DNA of 64,000 nucleotides from Parasitella parasitica NRRL 2501 (lineage: Eukaryota; Fungi; Mucoromycota). The DNA lies in contig MU619342.1 in NCBI GenBank assembly GCA_025201805.1, positions 44,376 to 108,375 of the forward strand. Reading direction: 5' to 3'. How positions within the stretch are numbered: position 1 is the first letter of the stretch; every line of letters starts with the position of its first letter. A model generated the notes under the pieces. That model saw nothing but the letters and a program-made list of their open reading frames with translations, was not told the DNA's origin and made no database searches. Shown in pieces: positions 13,069 through 25,186 of the stretch. The translations under genes and the position numbers were made by a program.

Positions 13069-15178
13069 ATGACAGGTATATGTGTTTGTGAGCTCAAATT
13101 GAGGCTTGATTCATTGCATACTGACCTTTTCTGTCGAGCAGAATTATACAAGGTACTCTTTGCCTACGACACTGACAAAGAGGATGAATTAACTCTTATA
13201 CAAGGAGAGACCATTCGTATCACCAGCAAGGACAGCCCAGATTGGTGGCTGGCTCAGAAGATAGATGATAGCGAAAAGTCGGGCCTTGTGCCAAGCAATG
13301 TAAGGCTGTCTCGATTACTATTCCAATTGTGTGCTGACCTGTATATGTCTGAGTGCAGTTTATCGAAAAGCTCTCCAGCGAAGGTAACGTATTTGCAGCG
13401 TAGTGGCAGCAGTTTATCGAGATGTTTAAAATCCACTTGCTGTGCTTTAGGCATGACTCTGGCTATCGTCATCCAGGACTATTTGGCCCATGCGCCCGAG
13501 GAATTGTCATTGGAAAAGAACAGAGTTGTAGCTGTCCTGGACCAAAATGTAGCAGAGGGTTGGTGGAAGGGTGATTTAAACGGAAAAACTGGTATTTTCC
13601 CGGCCAATGTAAGTGATTTTGAACTTTATATAAAATTTCTCTAATTTATCCTCTTAGCACGTGGAATTGGTGGAAGAAGGTGATCATGATAGTAAAGCTA
13701 AAAGTGAGCAGCGTTTGGGAGTTTGTATGATTATATATGCAGCCAATTAACTGTCGGTTGATAGAAGACACATTCAAGCTGGCTTCGTATGGTGTAAAGC
13801 AAGGCGGAATCGGCAGCATCCTTGCCGGTGGGTTCAATCTGAAAAGAGCAAGCACTTTAAGCAACAGAGCCTCATTGAATGAACGGCCTACCTTGACCAA
13901 CTCTCCTGAAGTACATCCACCATCTATTCCCAGTAAACCTCGTCCCTCGCTGATTAAACCTACAGACATCAAACTTGAAAACAGCGCTCCCTCTGAGTCA
14001 GCCAAGAGTAAGTTTGTAAAATGAGCAATAAGTCTCTTGCGCATGGACTAACTGTTGCAACAGACAATGGGGAAAAGGCTATGGTGTTGCATGATTATAA
14101 ACCCGAGAATGACGACGAGGTCAAACTTATGAGGGGCGAATATGTTACCGTTATTGACTATATGGAAAACGATGGATGGTGGAAAGGAACTAGTGAAAGT
14201 GGAGCTACTGGCATTTTCCCGTCTAATTTTGTGCAAATTTTAAAAGAGGATAAACCACCTCAGCGACCTGCTCGTGCTAGGCCTGCCACTGTCAAAACAG
14301 AAACGGCCTCGGTTACGCCCACGGCTACTGAAAGCACCGGTATGGCTCGTCCCCCGCCTGTACCCGTAACAACTCGACCAACGTCTCTTTTGTCTAATCG
14401 AGAGAGCCGTTCCCCAGCTTCTAGTGTGAGTTCTCCTCCCCAACCTCCCCGTCCCACTACGACACCACCCAGGCCGGTGACATCCCCTCCTATTGCCGCT
14501 CGTCGTACCAACACCATCATGTCGCCTTCCTCTAACAGTAATGACAATGCAGCCAGTAATCATGGGCACAAGCGCATTCCGTCTATCCCATTAATGTCGC
14601 CCGACTTGCCTCCCGTGTCGCCTGTTCTTGAACGCCCGACAAGACCTATTCCTCGTCCAACATCTACCACGTCGAGTGATTCAACTGCGCCTGCCGTGCC
14701 TGTCCGAGCTAATTTCAGTATGAGCCCTGAAAATAGCACCGCTATCCACAACATGGCAAAACCGCCAAAGGTCAACTTTGGGTCAAGAGCAAACCCTGCG
14801 CCAGTGGTTCCTGTTCGTTCGCCATCGACTAGTAGGCCTTGCTCTATCAACGACGTGGTGGATAAAGGTGAGCCGGCCCCTCCTCTCGCTCCTAAACGCT
14901 CAATGCCTCCACTTCCCGAAGCACCATCGCCGGCCGTATCTACTGAAAGAATCAAGCCTCCTCATCCTACTGGAGCTCTCCCCTCTACGCCACCCTCCGC
15001 TGCAAGCGACGCACCCAAGGAGGACGCTGAAGAGGCATTGGATGCAAAGATTCGACGAATGATAAAGTCAGAAACTAACAAAATACGCAGAGAGTTTGAA
15101 ACTCGCTTGGAAGACGAGCGTATCGAACGTCTAAAACTTCAGGTTGAACTAGAGGAGTTGAGAGCAAGTTTGAATTAA
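13069..15178 (+). CDS. Triple-SH3, proline-rich, C-terminal coiled-coil adaptor (CIN85/CD2AP-like architecture)
   Basis: SH3-1 VLFAY..EDELTL..DWW..GLVPSN; SH3-2 QDY..EELSL..GWWKG..GIFPAN; SH3-3 HDY..DDEVKL..GWWKG..GIFPSNFV; PxxP-rich tract; coiled-coil tail. Confidence 0.85.
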
Positions 15179-15242
15179 ATGATTCTTGAAATAAACCCCC
15201 CCCCCTTTTTTTTTATTGCTATTGTTATTATTAATAATATTA

Positions 15243-15971
15243 TTATTGCGAAGCGTCTAAACCCTTCGTTCTTTCACTATTCATCACTTCCATCATAACT
15301 TGGTTGCACATTTTTGCAAAAGGATTTTCTGCAACTGCAATGTTGCGAGCAACAGGGTTGCCCAGCTTGGCGCCCATTTCGAAATCCTTCTTTGAGCTCA
15401 CCAAATCTCCTTGCTGTCGCTTGATGATAGCTCGCTGGGTATAGGCCTGTCTCAGAATCTTGGGCTGCCCTTCTCCAACGTCGGAAATGACGTGGTCCAA
15501 ATCAGCCAATGCCTTGTCTAGCTCATTGTTCATACGGTACACTTGAGCTCTGCATGAGCACATGGCAACTCAGTATTCTCATCCTGAAAACGCTTGACAT
15601 CAAACTTTACCTGTTGTTGTATGCCGATGCGTATTTATCTTCCATCTGTATGCATTGGCAGAGTATCTCCAATGCTTTTGCTGTGTCTTGCTTTTCTTCG
15701 GCCAGGCCAATTGCTTCCTTTTCCATGGCCTCCAACCTACTCTGTACATCAGAAGAGACGGTGTATTCTACCTTGCCATTAGATCGCAGCGATCAAATTC
15801 TTGATAATTTCCTTACTCGGTTCAGAATCTGCTGTGGAGGACACGGTACCAAGCCCTTGGCTTTCTAATGCCCACAGCGACATTAGCGCTTCATCCGCAA
15901 GACACGGCCCATATATATACTTTACCTGGGTTGAACAAGTAGTCTAAAACAGCATCATCAGAGGTCGACAT
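15243..15971 (-). CDS. TTC36: Tetratricopeptide repeat protein 36-like
   Basis: N-terminus MSTSDDAVLDYLFNP; SAYNN|RAQVYR; QAYTQRA; DFE.GAKLG; NPFAKMCNQ. Confidence 0.85.
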
Positions 15972-16620
15972 TCTTGATTTACTGCTGCGATGAGTGGAGA
16001 AGGAAGAAGGAAATAGACTCCAAAAACGACCCACTGCAAGTGGTTTTATGCATTTCGGCAGCGTGAGAAAAAAAAAAGAAATGAAAGGCACTCAGGAAGT
16101 AAGCGGAAGCAACTTGTTTGTTCGTTCTTGCACATTTGGTTGGATATGGGCAAGCACGATGAGTACTACTGTGCCATGACACACCGCGTCAGTCTATCAT
16201 AGCACAGCAATTTTGAGCAAACTACGCTACCACGGGCGCTGTAGCATAAGAGCAAATCTGTCATTCCCTGAATGAATCNNNNNNNNNNNNNNNNNNNNNN
16301 NNNNNNNNNNNNNNNNNNNNNNNNNNNNNNNNNNNNNNNNNNNNNNNNNNNNNNNNNNNNNNNNNNNNNNNNNAAAAAAAAAAACTAGGGTCTATTGTGT
16401 GCTATTGCTTGGAATTGCTGCTTGATCCAGTTGTAGGGCTTGCTTTACTGGCCAAATGAGAGAAAGAGAGAGAGAGAGAGCCTTCTTGCACATAGACTTG
16501 ACCCATCGCTGCAACAAGTAGGCTACTTGATGAGGCTATTAAAAAGCCGCAGAAAATATTTTGTGGTTTATTTTTTATCCCACTTTTTTTCATTGATTGC
16601 ATCTTCTTTAATTATAAACC

Positions 16621-17259
16621 ATGAATCCAGCAGCCAAGCTAGCAGGTCGTAACAATGCAAGTATTTTGTGATGGATAGCGCAGACAGTACATGCTTCTAA
16701 CAGCTTGCTTTATTACATTTAGGCACGTTTGCCGCCAGAAGTCAACAGAGTCTTATTCGTAAGGTATGCAAAAATGAATAGAACCAATCCAAGAAAAGCC
16801 GCAAAAAGCTAATCGACTCGACAGGAATTTACCGTTCAAGATCACAACCGAAGAGATATACGAAGTGTTCGGAAAATATGGGCCTATTAGACAAATTCGA
16901 GTGTACAGAAAAAAAAAAAAAAAAAACCCTCCCCCAAATGCTCTGTGTGGAAGATGGACTAACGTAATTTTGGCTGTAGTGGAAATGCCTCAGATACCCG
17001 CGGTACAGCATTCGTAGTCTACGAAGACATCTTTGATGCGAAAAACGCTTGCGAGCATTTACAGGGCTTCAACATTCTCGGCCGTTATTTGATTGTTCTT
17101 TATTACCAACAAAACAAGGTGACCAAAAAGATGAATTTGCAAAAGAAAGAAGAGGAAATTAGAGAAATGAAAGCGTAAGTCTGTAGGGCAAGAGTACGTT
17201 ATGATCTGCGAATGCTAAATCTTTGGTTTTCTAGACGTTACGGTGTTGATGATGATTAG
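16621..17259 (+). CDS. SF3B6: U2 snRNP branch-site protein p14 (SF3b14), 5 exons; not in the ORF track
   Basis: Spliced: [12 protein letters not shown]|[14 protein letters not shown]|[26 protein letters not shown]|[42 protein letters not shown]...|RYGVDDD*. Confidence 0.95.
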
Positions 17260-17482
17260 ATACTATTTCTGCGCCTTATCGACGATCACAGTTTAGCCAA
17301 TATCTTATTTTCCCCTCCATCAATTTGTATATATTTATATAAAAAAGAAAAAAAACACGTCGATACTTTTAAAATGCAACTTGCCGTAATGCGGATTATT
17401 TGTTTGTATGCTTGGATTCATTGTGCTTTATAGACAAGGATCAAGTTCGAGCCTGGAAAAGCCCTCTTTGCGATTCCGTACC

Positions 17483-18837
17483 ATGAAACCTATATTCTAT
17501 TCCATCACATTGGCAGCTGCAGCATTCTGCTTGGCTGTGTCGAGCGCACCCATTGACGTACGCAGCGATGACAGCAATAGGATTGTCAAATTGAAGCAGA
17601 GAGGATATCTTTATGGCAGTGGTATATACATTTATATATATATATATATTTATATATATAACTATGACTGTGCCCCCCCATGCGTCATGACAATTGACAT
17701 GATAGGATAGGGTACACTGGCTCAATTGGCATCGGCCAACACTCTGTAGACAGATTTAACATTGTTTTCGACACAGGTAGTTCCGATTTCTGGGTTCTTT
17801 CTGGCGAAGGCTGCATTTCCAAGCAGTACTGCCAAAGACATCACCGATACCAATCCAACGAATCCGCCAGCTACATACCACATGACACAGACCGATCACT
17901 CGTCATGAACTATGGTACAGGGTCGATCAGCGCACACATTGGCCGTGATACAATTCATATCGGCACCATCCAAGTACGAGGCCAATTTGTTGCTGATGCG
18001 TACAAAATTTCCAAGGAATTCAATGATCTACCTATTGACGGAATCATGGGTTTAGGGCTGCCTAGGCTCAGCAAAACAATACCAAACAAGCCGACGCTTG
18101 TGGAGAATATGGTCGAGCAGGGGCTGATTGACAGGGCCATGTTTAGTGTTTACACACAACCTGCAGGCGGGGAGATTGACTTTGGCGGCACTGATCCAAG
18201 CAACTATCAGGGATCAATCACATATACGCCAGTCATTGGAGATCTGTACTGGTCAGTGCAGATGACAAGCGCCTCGTTTGGCGATTATTCGATAGGCTCA
18301 CGATACCTCATCATGGATACAGGTTGGCTTCAAATTTTTCTAATCCAAGTTGATGCTGTATTAACACGGTCAATCAAGGAACGACTCTGCTGCTCGTCTC
18401 TCCGGAAGAAGCCCAGAAAATACATGCGCAGATAGAGGGATCACGATACAACAATGACGGGACGTACTCTGTCCCATGCAGTCTAAAAGAAACACTGCCT
18501 GATCTGGTCATCCAGATAGAAGGCCGTAAACTGTCTGTTTCACCAAATGACTATGTATTGCTGCCCTCAGATGGTGATTCATCCATGTGTCTATCAGGCA
18601 TCTCTGGGCAAAATACAAACAAGCCCAACCACTGGATCATGGGAGACGTGTTTTTCAAAACACACTACACCGTAAGCAATAAGCACTGGCTGCACAATAA
18701 GCCATGCATTAATACATTTACAGGTCTTTGATCAAGAAAACATGAGAATTGGCATTGCATTAGCTAGAACTGATCCTAAATTGTCCATGGACGTCTATGA
18801 CAAAGCTGGTGGATACAAGGCTGCAATGAATGAATGA
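17483..18837 (+). CDS. Secreted A1 aspartic protease (pepsin/rhizopuspepsin-like)
   Basis: Signal peptide MKPIFYSITLAAAAFCLAVSSAP; FDTGSSDFWV; YGTGS flap; DGIMGLG; IMDTG|TT; WIMGDVF. Confidence 0.92.
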
Positions 18838-19233
18838 ATGAATGAATGAATGAATAAACGTTATGCTTGAGCAGCCAAGTAATGGCACAAGTTCATTCTC
18901 AGTGCTGTCAAAGCGGTGCATTAAATAAACCCATTGCTTGTTTTATTGGCTTAAAGCTGCGATGGAGAGGAAGGGAGGAGGAGGAATATAACGAGCACAG
19001 AGGCCAAGCAGTAGATTCCCCTTTCTTAACCGAACGTTGTCACTATATTAGGTACATACTTTGTCAGTCAATCCAGCCATTCAAACCAGCCATGTCAAGC
19101 GAGACAATTCATGAACGTTCAAAAGATGGATGGATGGATGGGATGTATCGAAACTTGAGATGGATGGATGGTTTGAATGGATGAGACTCGACGGCTACAT
19201 GAGACAGAAACGCTAATAAAGCTTTCAAATAGA

Positions 19234-19482
19234 ATGGCTCAAAGACTTACTTATCGTCGTCGTTGTTCTTACAACACCCGTTCCAACCGTGTCAGAGCCG
19301 TAAAGACTCCCGGTAAGGGATCATTGTGGTATAATTCTTTAGACCAAGGCACTAATCTTTGCCGTGTGTAGGTGGAAAGCTCGTTGTCCAATACGAAAAG
19401 AAGCCTGTCAAGGCTCCTCGTTGTGGTGATTGTGGCGAGTCTCTCGCTGGTGTAAGTTTCATTTTTTTATTATAATTTCTAC

Positions 19483-19519
<37 letters not shown>

Positions 19520-19743
19520 CATGGCTCGTTAGACAAGGTTAAAGGTATTAACGGCCCTATCTCATCAAATAGATCAAGGCTCTCCGTCCTCGTGAGTTTG
19601 CTACCGTCTCCAAGACTCAAAAGAACGTCAGCCGTGCTTATGGTGGCTCTCGCTGTGCCCACTGCGTCAGAAACCGCATCGTTCGCGCTTTCTTGATCGA
19701 AGAGCAAAAGATTGTCAAAAAGGTCCTCAAGGCCCAAAAATAA
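19234..19743 (+). CDS. RPL34: 60S ribosomal protein L34 (eL34), 3 exons
   Basis: [27 protein letters not shown]|GKLVVQY..PRCGDCG..LAG|[38 protein letters not shown]. Confidence 0.97.
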
Positions 19744-19868
19744 ACACTTGATCCTGTAGTTTTCTTGGACGTTTTTTTGCCTTTTCATTAAAGACAGAAA
19801 TCGCATGGAAATATTGACAACACGACATTCTAGTTTGTATTCAAAAGAGACGATAGCACTCCTTTGCT

Positions 19869-19899
19869 TGTGTGTGTATGTGTGTGTGTGTATGTGTGT

Positions 19900-19941
<42 letters not shown>
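19869..19941 (+). repeat. (TG)n microsatellite
   Basis: tgtgtg run with tgta interruptions. Confidence 0.9.
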
Positions 19942-19943
<2 letters not shown>

Positions 19944-20390
19944 CGGATTGTATGTGGAGGGGAGAGAGAGCATGGCTACAATGGCTGTTGCAAAGAAGCC
20001 ATGCATTTAGCATTGCTGTACTGAGCATTATTGAGCTCTTTAACTGCTGATCTTGCGGTCCCAAGATGGCAGCAATGCTGGGACAAAAGTAGCGGATAGG
20101 TCATGTCAGGAAACTTGTGAAGGAAGCAACAAGACCCGCTGCTCGTCAAGTATCACCGGGAAAAAAAAATGGCTGTAAAGTATATTTCAGTGATACCGTA
20201 TGTCTGTGTGATCTGCAAGTATTTTTGAATTAATGATCTCAAAGAATTAAAAAAGTGTAACCTATAAAAGGTGAATCGTCCTTTCACGATGCTTCCTTCT
20301 TCCTTTCTTTACCTTTTTTTTTTTATATATCTTTCTTTTTCTCTCTCTCTCCTTTTATACAATATACGTGTCTCGAATCAAGAATCAAGA

Positions 20391-22068
20391 ATGATACCAC
20401 GGCCGTCGTATAGATTCAGTTTGGCCCTATCGTTCTTGGCTGCATTGATTGTCGCAAACGTCTCTGGACCGCAATACATTTACCCAACGTTTGGCACTTC
20501 GCTGACCGAAAGATTCAATTGGTCTCCCGTGCAAAACAGTTTTGTCAGCACTGCATGTTTTGTAGGTGTTTCGTTTTCAGGTCCTCTCTGCTCTTGGATG
20601 ATTGAAACCCTCAAAATCCGAAAAACGCTCCAAGTGTCGGCCTTGCTCATGTTCCTGGGCCCCTTTCTGGTCGCTCAAACCTACGCTGGGAGACTGCCGG
20701 ATAGCTTCATCTTGTGCGCATTCTATCTCATCACCAGTGGCATTGCAGGCGCTGCCGCATATCTATGTGCATTGGATTCTCAGGTAATTACATGCAANNN
20801 NNNNNNNNNNNNNNNNNNNNNNNNNNNNNNNNNNNNNNNNNNNNNNNNNNNNNNNNNNNNNNGGCATAGAATGATATTCATATCCCTTTCTTTTCTTTAT
20901 ACCCTTTCATCTATATTTAGAGCCACAATTTCAAGCAGCGTCGTGGGCTCAGTATGGGGTTGACCACAGCTTCTGTTGGCACATGCGGTGTGGTGTTCTC
21001 TCAAATCAACGACCTGTTGTTTGGAAGCGAACGGTACGAGAAAGATGTACCCACTTCAAACGACAGCACATACAACTTTTTGATCTTCCTTGCATTCACC
21101 ATGTCTGCAGGCATTTTGTTTGGGTCGTTCTTCTTGGGCCCCCTCCAAGAACACAGCCATAGACAAGTCATTTATGAGCAGATTGACGAAGAGCAACAGC
21201 AAGCGGCATTTGTCAACACCCGAGACTCCTCTGTCAGCGACACGGACAGTGTCGAAAGCAGCCCGTTGCTGACAAGCTCGGATCTAGACAAGCTTGAAGG
21301 AGACTGTGCATCCGAAACTGTCATTTCTGGCATAAACGTATTGAAGCATCCCATCGGCTTTGCTCTCTTCAGCACGCTCTTTGTGGTATTGGGCATCGGG
21401 TACATTTATCTCGCCAACATTGGGCAGATCTTGAGTGCCATCTCGGGAGCAGCAGCAGGAGGTGAAGCAAATCAGCATACACGGAACCTCCACATCACCT
21501 TGTTCAGTCTGGGCAACTGTGGCTCTCGCGCATTCTTTGGTGCACTTAGTGATGTATTGAGAAACAAATTCGGAATACACAGACTGTGGATATTTGCATT
21601 TGCTTTGGTTTCCATGCTGATGACATTGACATGGCTTGTATCGGCTTCAGTCATGACTCTTGAAAAACTAATACCCTGTACACTCGTCATTTCCTCGGCT
21701 TACGGTATTGCATTTGGCGTGGGGCCTGCAGTGACAACCGAATTTGGCACAGAGGTAAGTTTTGCTTTTTTGTCTGGGAGAATTTGATATTTAGTCATAT
21801 GTTATTGATTTAGGTATTTGCTCGAAATTGGGGCATCTTCCTTTTTGCTCCAGCATTTGGTAGTCAAATATTCAATATCTTATTTGGTGTGTTGTACGGA
21901 CATCAAGCAGAAAAGCAAAATAGCCATGTTTGTTACGGTGCTGTCTGCTATAAAAGCACATTCCGCATCGGCATCATCTGTGCCATTGCAGCACTTGCTG
22001 TCTTGTCCTTTGCCATCTATAAGGCAGGCCTTTATAGACGTCGTATACCCAGTGAGAAAGTCGTTTAA
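20391..22068 (+). CDS. MFS transporter (Mch1/nodulin-like family), 3 exons
   Basis: Many hydrophobic TM segments; GALSDVLR motif; EFGTE|VFARNWG; N gap lies in intron 1. Confidence 0.8.
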
Positions 22069-23260
22069 GAACTGTATAATAAAGACTTTCTGGTAATCTA
22101 TATATGATATGTGTGTGCATTATGAGTGGTACTGTTTGTAAATAGGTATGTAAATGGATTCAATTCGTGTGATAAACCGTTCAAATAAATTTCGCCAACC
22201 TCGTAATATGCAATTCTGGCATATTTAGGTATGTAGTTATCTGGTGATTGATCCCAAGATATATGCGCAAGTTGAGTACATGATAAATCAAGACTGTTGG
22301 CGTTTTTCTCTGTGATGAAATCACTAGGATATAAACGCTGTTCATATTAGCCAAGCATCGTTTAAATATACAAATCAAATTTTGTGTGTGTGTGTGTGTG
22401 TGTCCCTACTTTGCTTTGCTTGAACGTTTTATAAATTTCATATTCTCAATTCCAACGGTGTCTCATGGGATTCAAAGCCAAAATAACACAATTAGTGTAC
22501 AACTAGATCAATGCGATGCGAAACTCAAATATAAACAGAATTATGCCAATGATGGTGTAAATAGCAATGTCCTTTTAATTTGAAAACCTCATGTGATTAT
22601 TTTCTTGCTTTTCAAGGTGTTGTTATGAAGTTTCCTAAAGCTATTTATTACCGTAAGCCGCCAGAAAGCTGAGGCACAAACCAGTCTAAACGTAAGACAG
22701 TATGTTAATGAATCAGTGCATATTTTATGTTTTATACGTTGAGACATTGTAATATTCAGAGCACATGCGCAGTTATGGCTCATTCGGATCGTTTTAAAAA
22801 GATGACCCCCTCCCCCTGGATTGCGTGTTTTAATAGTATATGCTCGACAACTGCAGATAGTCGAGACTTGATACTTGGCAACTTTATTTTCATCAGCTTA
22901 CAACAGCATATGATGATAATGAGACAAGCGTGTAAAAGATGAGTACTCTCATTGTGGATGCTGTTTTCGACTTGCTACGGTTTGAAATGACGTGTTGCAT
23001 GCACATAGTCTGGAGATCATTATTACACTGCTTTCCCTTGGTCTGTTTATAAATAGCGCTGCTCATTGATGAAAAAGCTTAAAATGATTCCTAATTTTGG
23101 CTTATTCTGGTTTTCTTCTTCTCTTCTTGTCTTGAGATCTGCGACAGTAAGGCGTTGGCTGAATCAATAACAAACTATCCATAGCTTATAAAAGAGAAAT
23201 ACCCAGCAGCATTTTTTTTAAAAAAAAAAAAAAGATATCCCACTTTTCATACCACAGCTC

Positions 23261-25186
23261 ATGTCTAAAACAACTCGATTGCCTTATCTGCCGAGTGAAA
23301 TCATATATAAAATCTTTGAACATGTTCAAGATGTATCAGGTCGAAAAAAATCAACTAGCACGTTTTATCAATGTCTGTTTGTTTGCAAGAATCTCTCAGC
23401 GCTAGTGCAAGGGAAACTGCTCGAGAAAGTGGATTTGACAACAAATCAAATTGCAGGATTTGCCACAATGCTTGTATCTAATCCCCAACTTGGCTTCTTT
23501 GTTAAAGACCTTAGAATTTATTCAGATGATGAAGATTCAGAAGCTCATTCACCCCCCTTTGTAGAACTTCATCTTGACATTATCTTAAGATGTACTCCAA
23601 ACCTCGAAATCTTTGGTAGCCCATCAGTACATCTTGAAACTAACTTCTGTTGGAGCAGCCTTGTTGCAGCTAGAGATAATCAACTTAAGCGATTAAAGCG
23701 GTTCGACTTGTCAGAATGGACCCCAGGAAACCAAACGATATATAGCTCGCTCTGCTCAAAGTCTGCCGGGTCTTTAACCAGTCTTCGGTTATACTTTGGT
23801 GATGCTAGTCAAGACACTGTTTTTTCTGCGCTGAAGAGCCGCATCAGAGAATTCGTATCCTTGGAGCAACTGGTACTTGTTAGCACATTTGTAGACGAAC
23901 ACCCCATCATTCTCGAATTGGATACCCATATCAATAATTGTGTTGATAAAGTGCGTTCATTGTGTCTTAAAAACTGCAGGTTTTCAAGCGATCACAACTA
24001 TACGGGACAATTCAATACAAACGACAGCATAAGAAACCTTGAGCTCAGAAATTCTATGCTCTCCTCCGCTGCAATCCAATATTTTGCAACAAAACTAACA
24101 GCATTACAGACATTCGCATTAACCACGGACCTTTACAACACCACTCAATCAGAACTGGATGAACCTCAATGGTGGCGCCTAATGATCAACCTCTGCAAGC
24201 GCCTCCGATATTACAACATTAATGTCAAGAGCTTCAGGGCTGAAAATTATTTACATCAAATCAAAGGTGGCATTGATCTGCTAAATGCAACTGCAGACCA
24301 CTCCACAATAGACAGCACTGAATTCACCATGCACCTCGGCCACTCAGATTCCACGCCGGAGCGCTATATTATTGAAATGAAGCGAAACAGGTCGACTGTC
24401 CGTCTTTTTGGATCTGAAAAGCACTCTGATTTCTTCTATGGCGCAAACTACAGCAGAGTGCTGCAATTTATGGAGCAATTCTCACCTGGGACCATTAGAA
24501 TACTAAATGTGGCGCATTCAACAAATTTTGAGAAACTATCACATAATCCTCTTTGGTTTTCGCCTGCATCTATCGAGAGCTTTAGCATCGGCAACTGGCC
24601 TATCTTCACTGAAGTTATCTCTTTGATTGAAAAAAAAAGTGGATCAGTGGTGCACTTGGATAAAATGATTTTCCCTGATTCTGATCAAGTTGAGCTAATC
24701 GAGCAAAGGGTCATCTCCAGAGATACAAGCATCTCAAAATTCAAGCTGACAAACTCTCTATTTTACCCCGATGTGCTGTCTAAAATGCTAAAGTTTCCAA
24801 AAATCGACACTTTGGTATTTGACAGCTGCATCTTTATAACAAATTATCGCTGCTACCTTGAAATCAGTCTTCCCGAAACAAAACTGGGTTGTTTGGAATT
24901 GAATCTGAATCGTACATTTTACTCGAATTCTCTTGAATATCCAGCTGCTGCATCGTTCACAATTGTTTTGAATATTGGGACAGCGAAAACAGCTTACGTC
25001 TATATCAAAGATGGGCAGCAAGTATATCAGAAGCCTCTCAGTGGACCTCGGACTGCAGATAACTTTGTCATTTCCATCAAATGCCAAGAGCTGCAAAGTT
25101 TGGTTATTGCTGATATAGAGTTTTCAATAGTTCCTGGTAGCGACATTTTGGAACTGCACTGCGTAACAGAAAAGCAAACCATATAG
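23261..25186 (+). CDS. F-box-like/LRR-like protein, lineage-expanded family, paralog 1 (641 aa, intronless)
   Basis: LPSEIIYKIFEHV...YQCLFVCK F-box-like N-terminus, LRR-like periodicity; TATA (tataaaa) at ~23187. Confidence 0.75.
   Translation: MSKTTRLPYLPSEIIYKIFEHVQDVSGRKKSTSTFYQCLFVCKNLSALVQGKLLEKVDLTTNQIAGFATMLVSNPQLGFFVKDLRIYSDDEDSEAHSPPFVELHLDIILRCTPNLEIFGSPSVHLETNFCWSSLVAARDNQLKRLKRFDLSEWTPGNQTIYSSLCSKSAGSLTSLRLYFGDASQDTVFSALKSRIREFVSLEQLVLVSTFVDEHPIILELDTHINNCVDKVRSLCLKNCRFSSDHNYTGQFNTNDSIRNLELRNSMLSSAAIQYFATKLTALQTFALTTDLYNTTQSELDEPQWWRLMINLCKRLRYYNINVKSFRAENYLHQIKGGIDLLNATADHSTIDSTEFTMHLGHSDSTPERYIIEMKRNRSTVRLFGSEKHSDFFYGANYSRVLQFMEQFSPGTIRILNVAHSTNFEKLSHNPLWFSPASIESFSIGNWPIFTEVISLIEKKSGSVVHLDKMIFPDSDQVELIEQRVISRDTSISKFKLTNSLFYPDVLSKMLKFPKIDTLVFDSCIFITNYRCYLEISLPETKLGCLELNLNRTFYSNSLEYPAAASFTIVLNIGTAKTAYVYIKDGQQVYQKPLSGPRTADNFVISIKCQELQSLVIADIEFSIVPGSDILELHCVTEKQTI

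Noticed and set aside
19459-20064. 201-aa minus-strand ORF and the poly-I/HT ORFs
   Set aside because: Antisense to RPL34 and read through (TG)n/(TTA)n microsatellites
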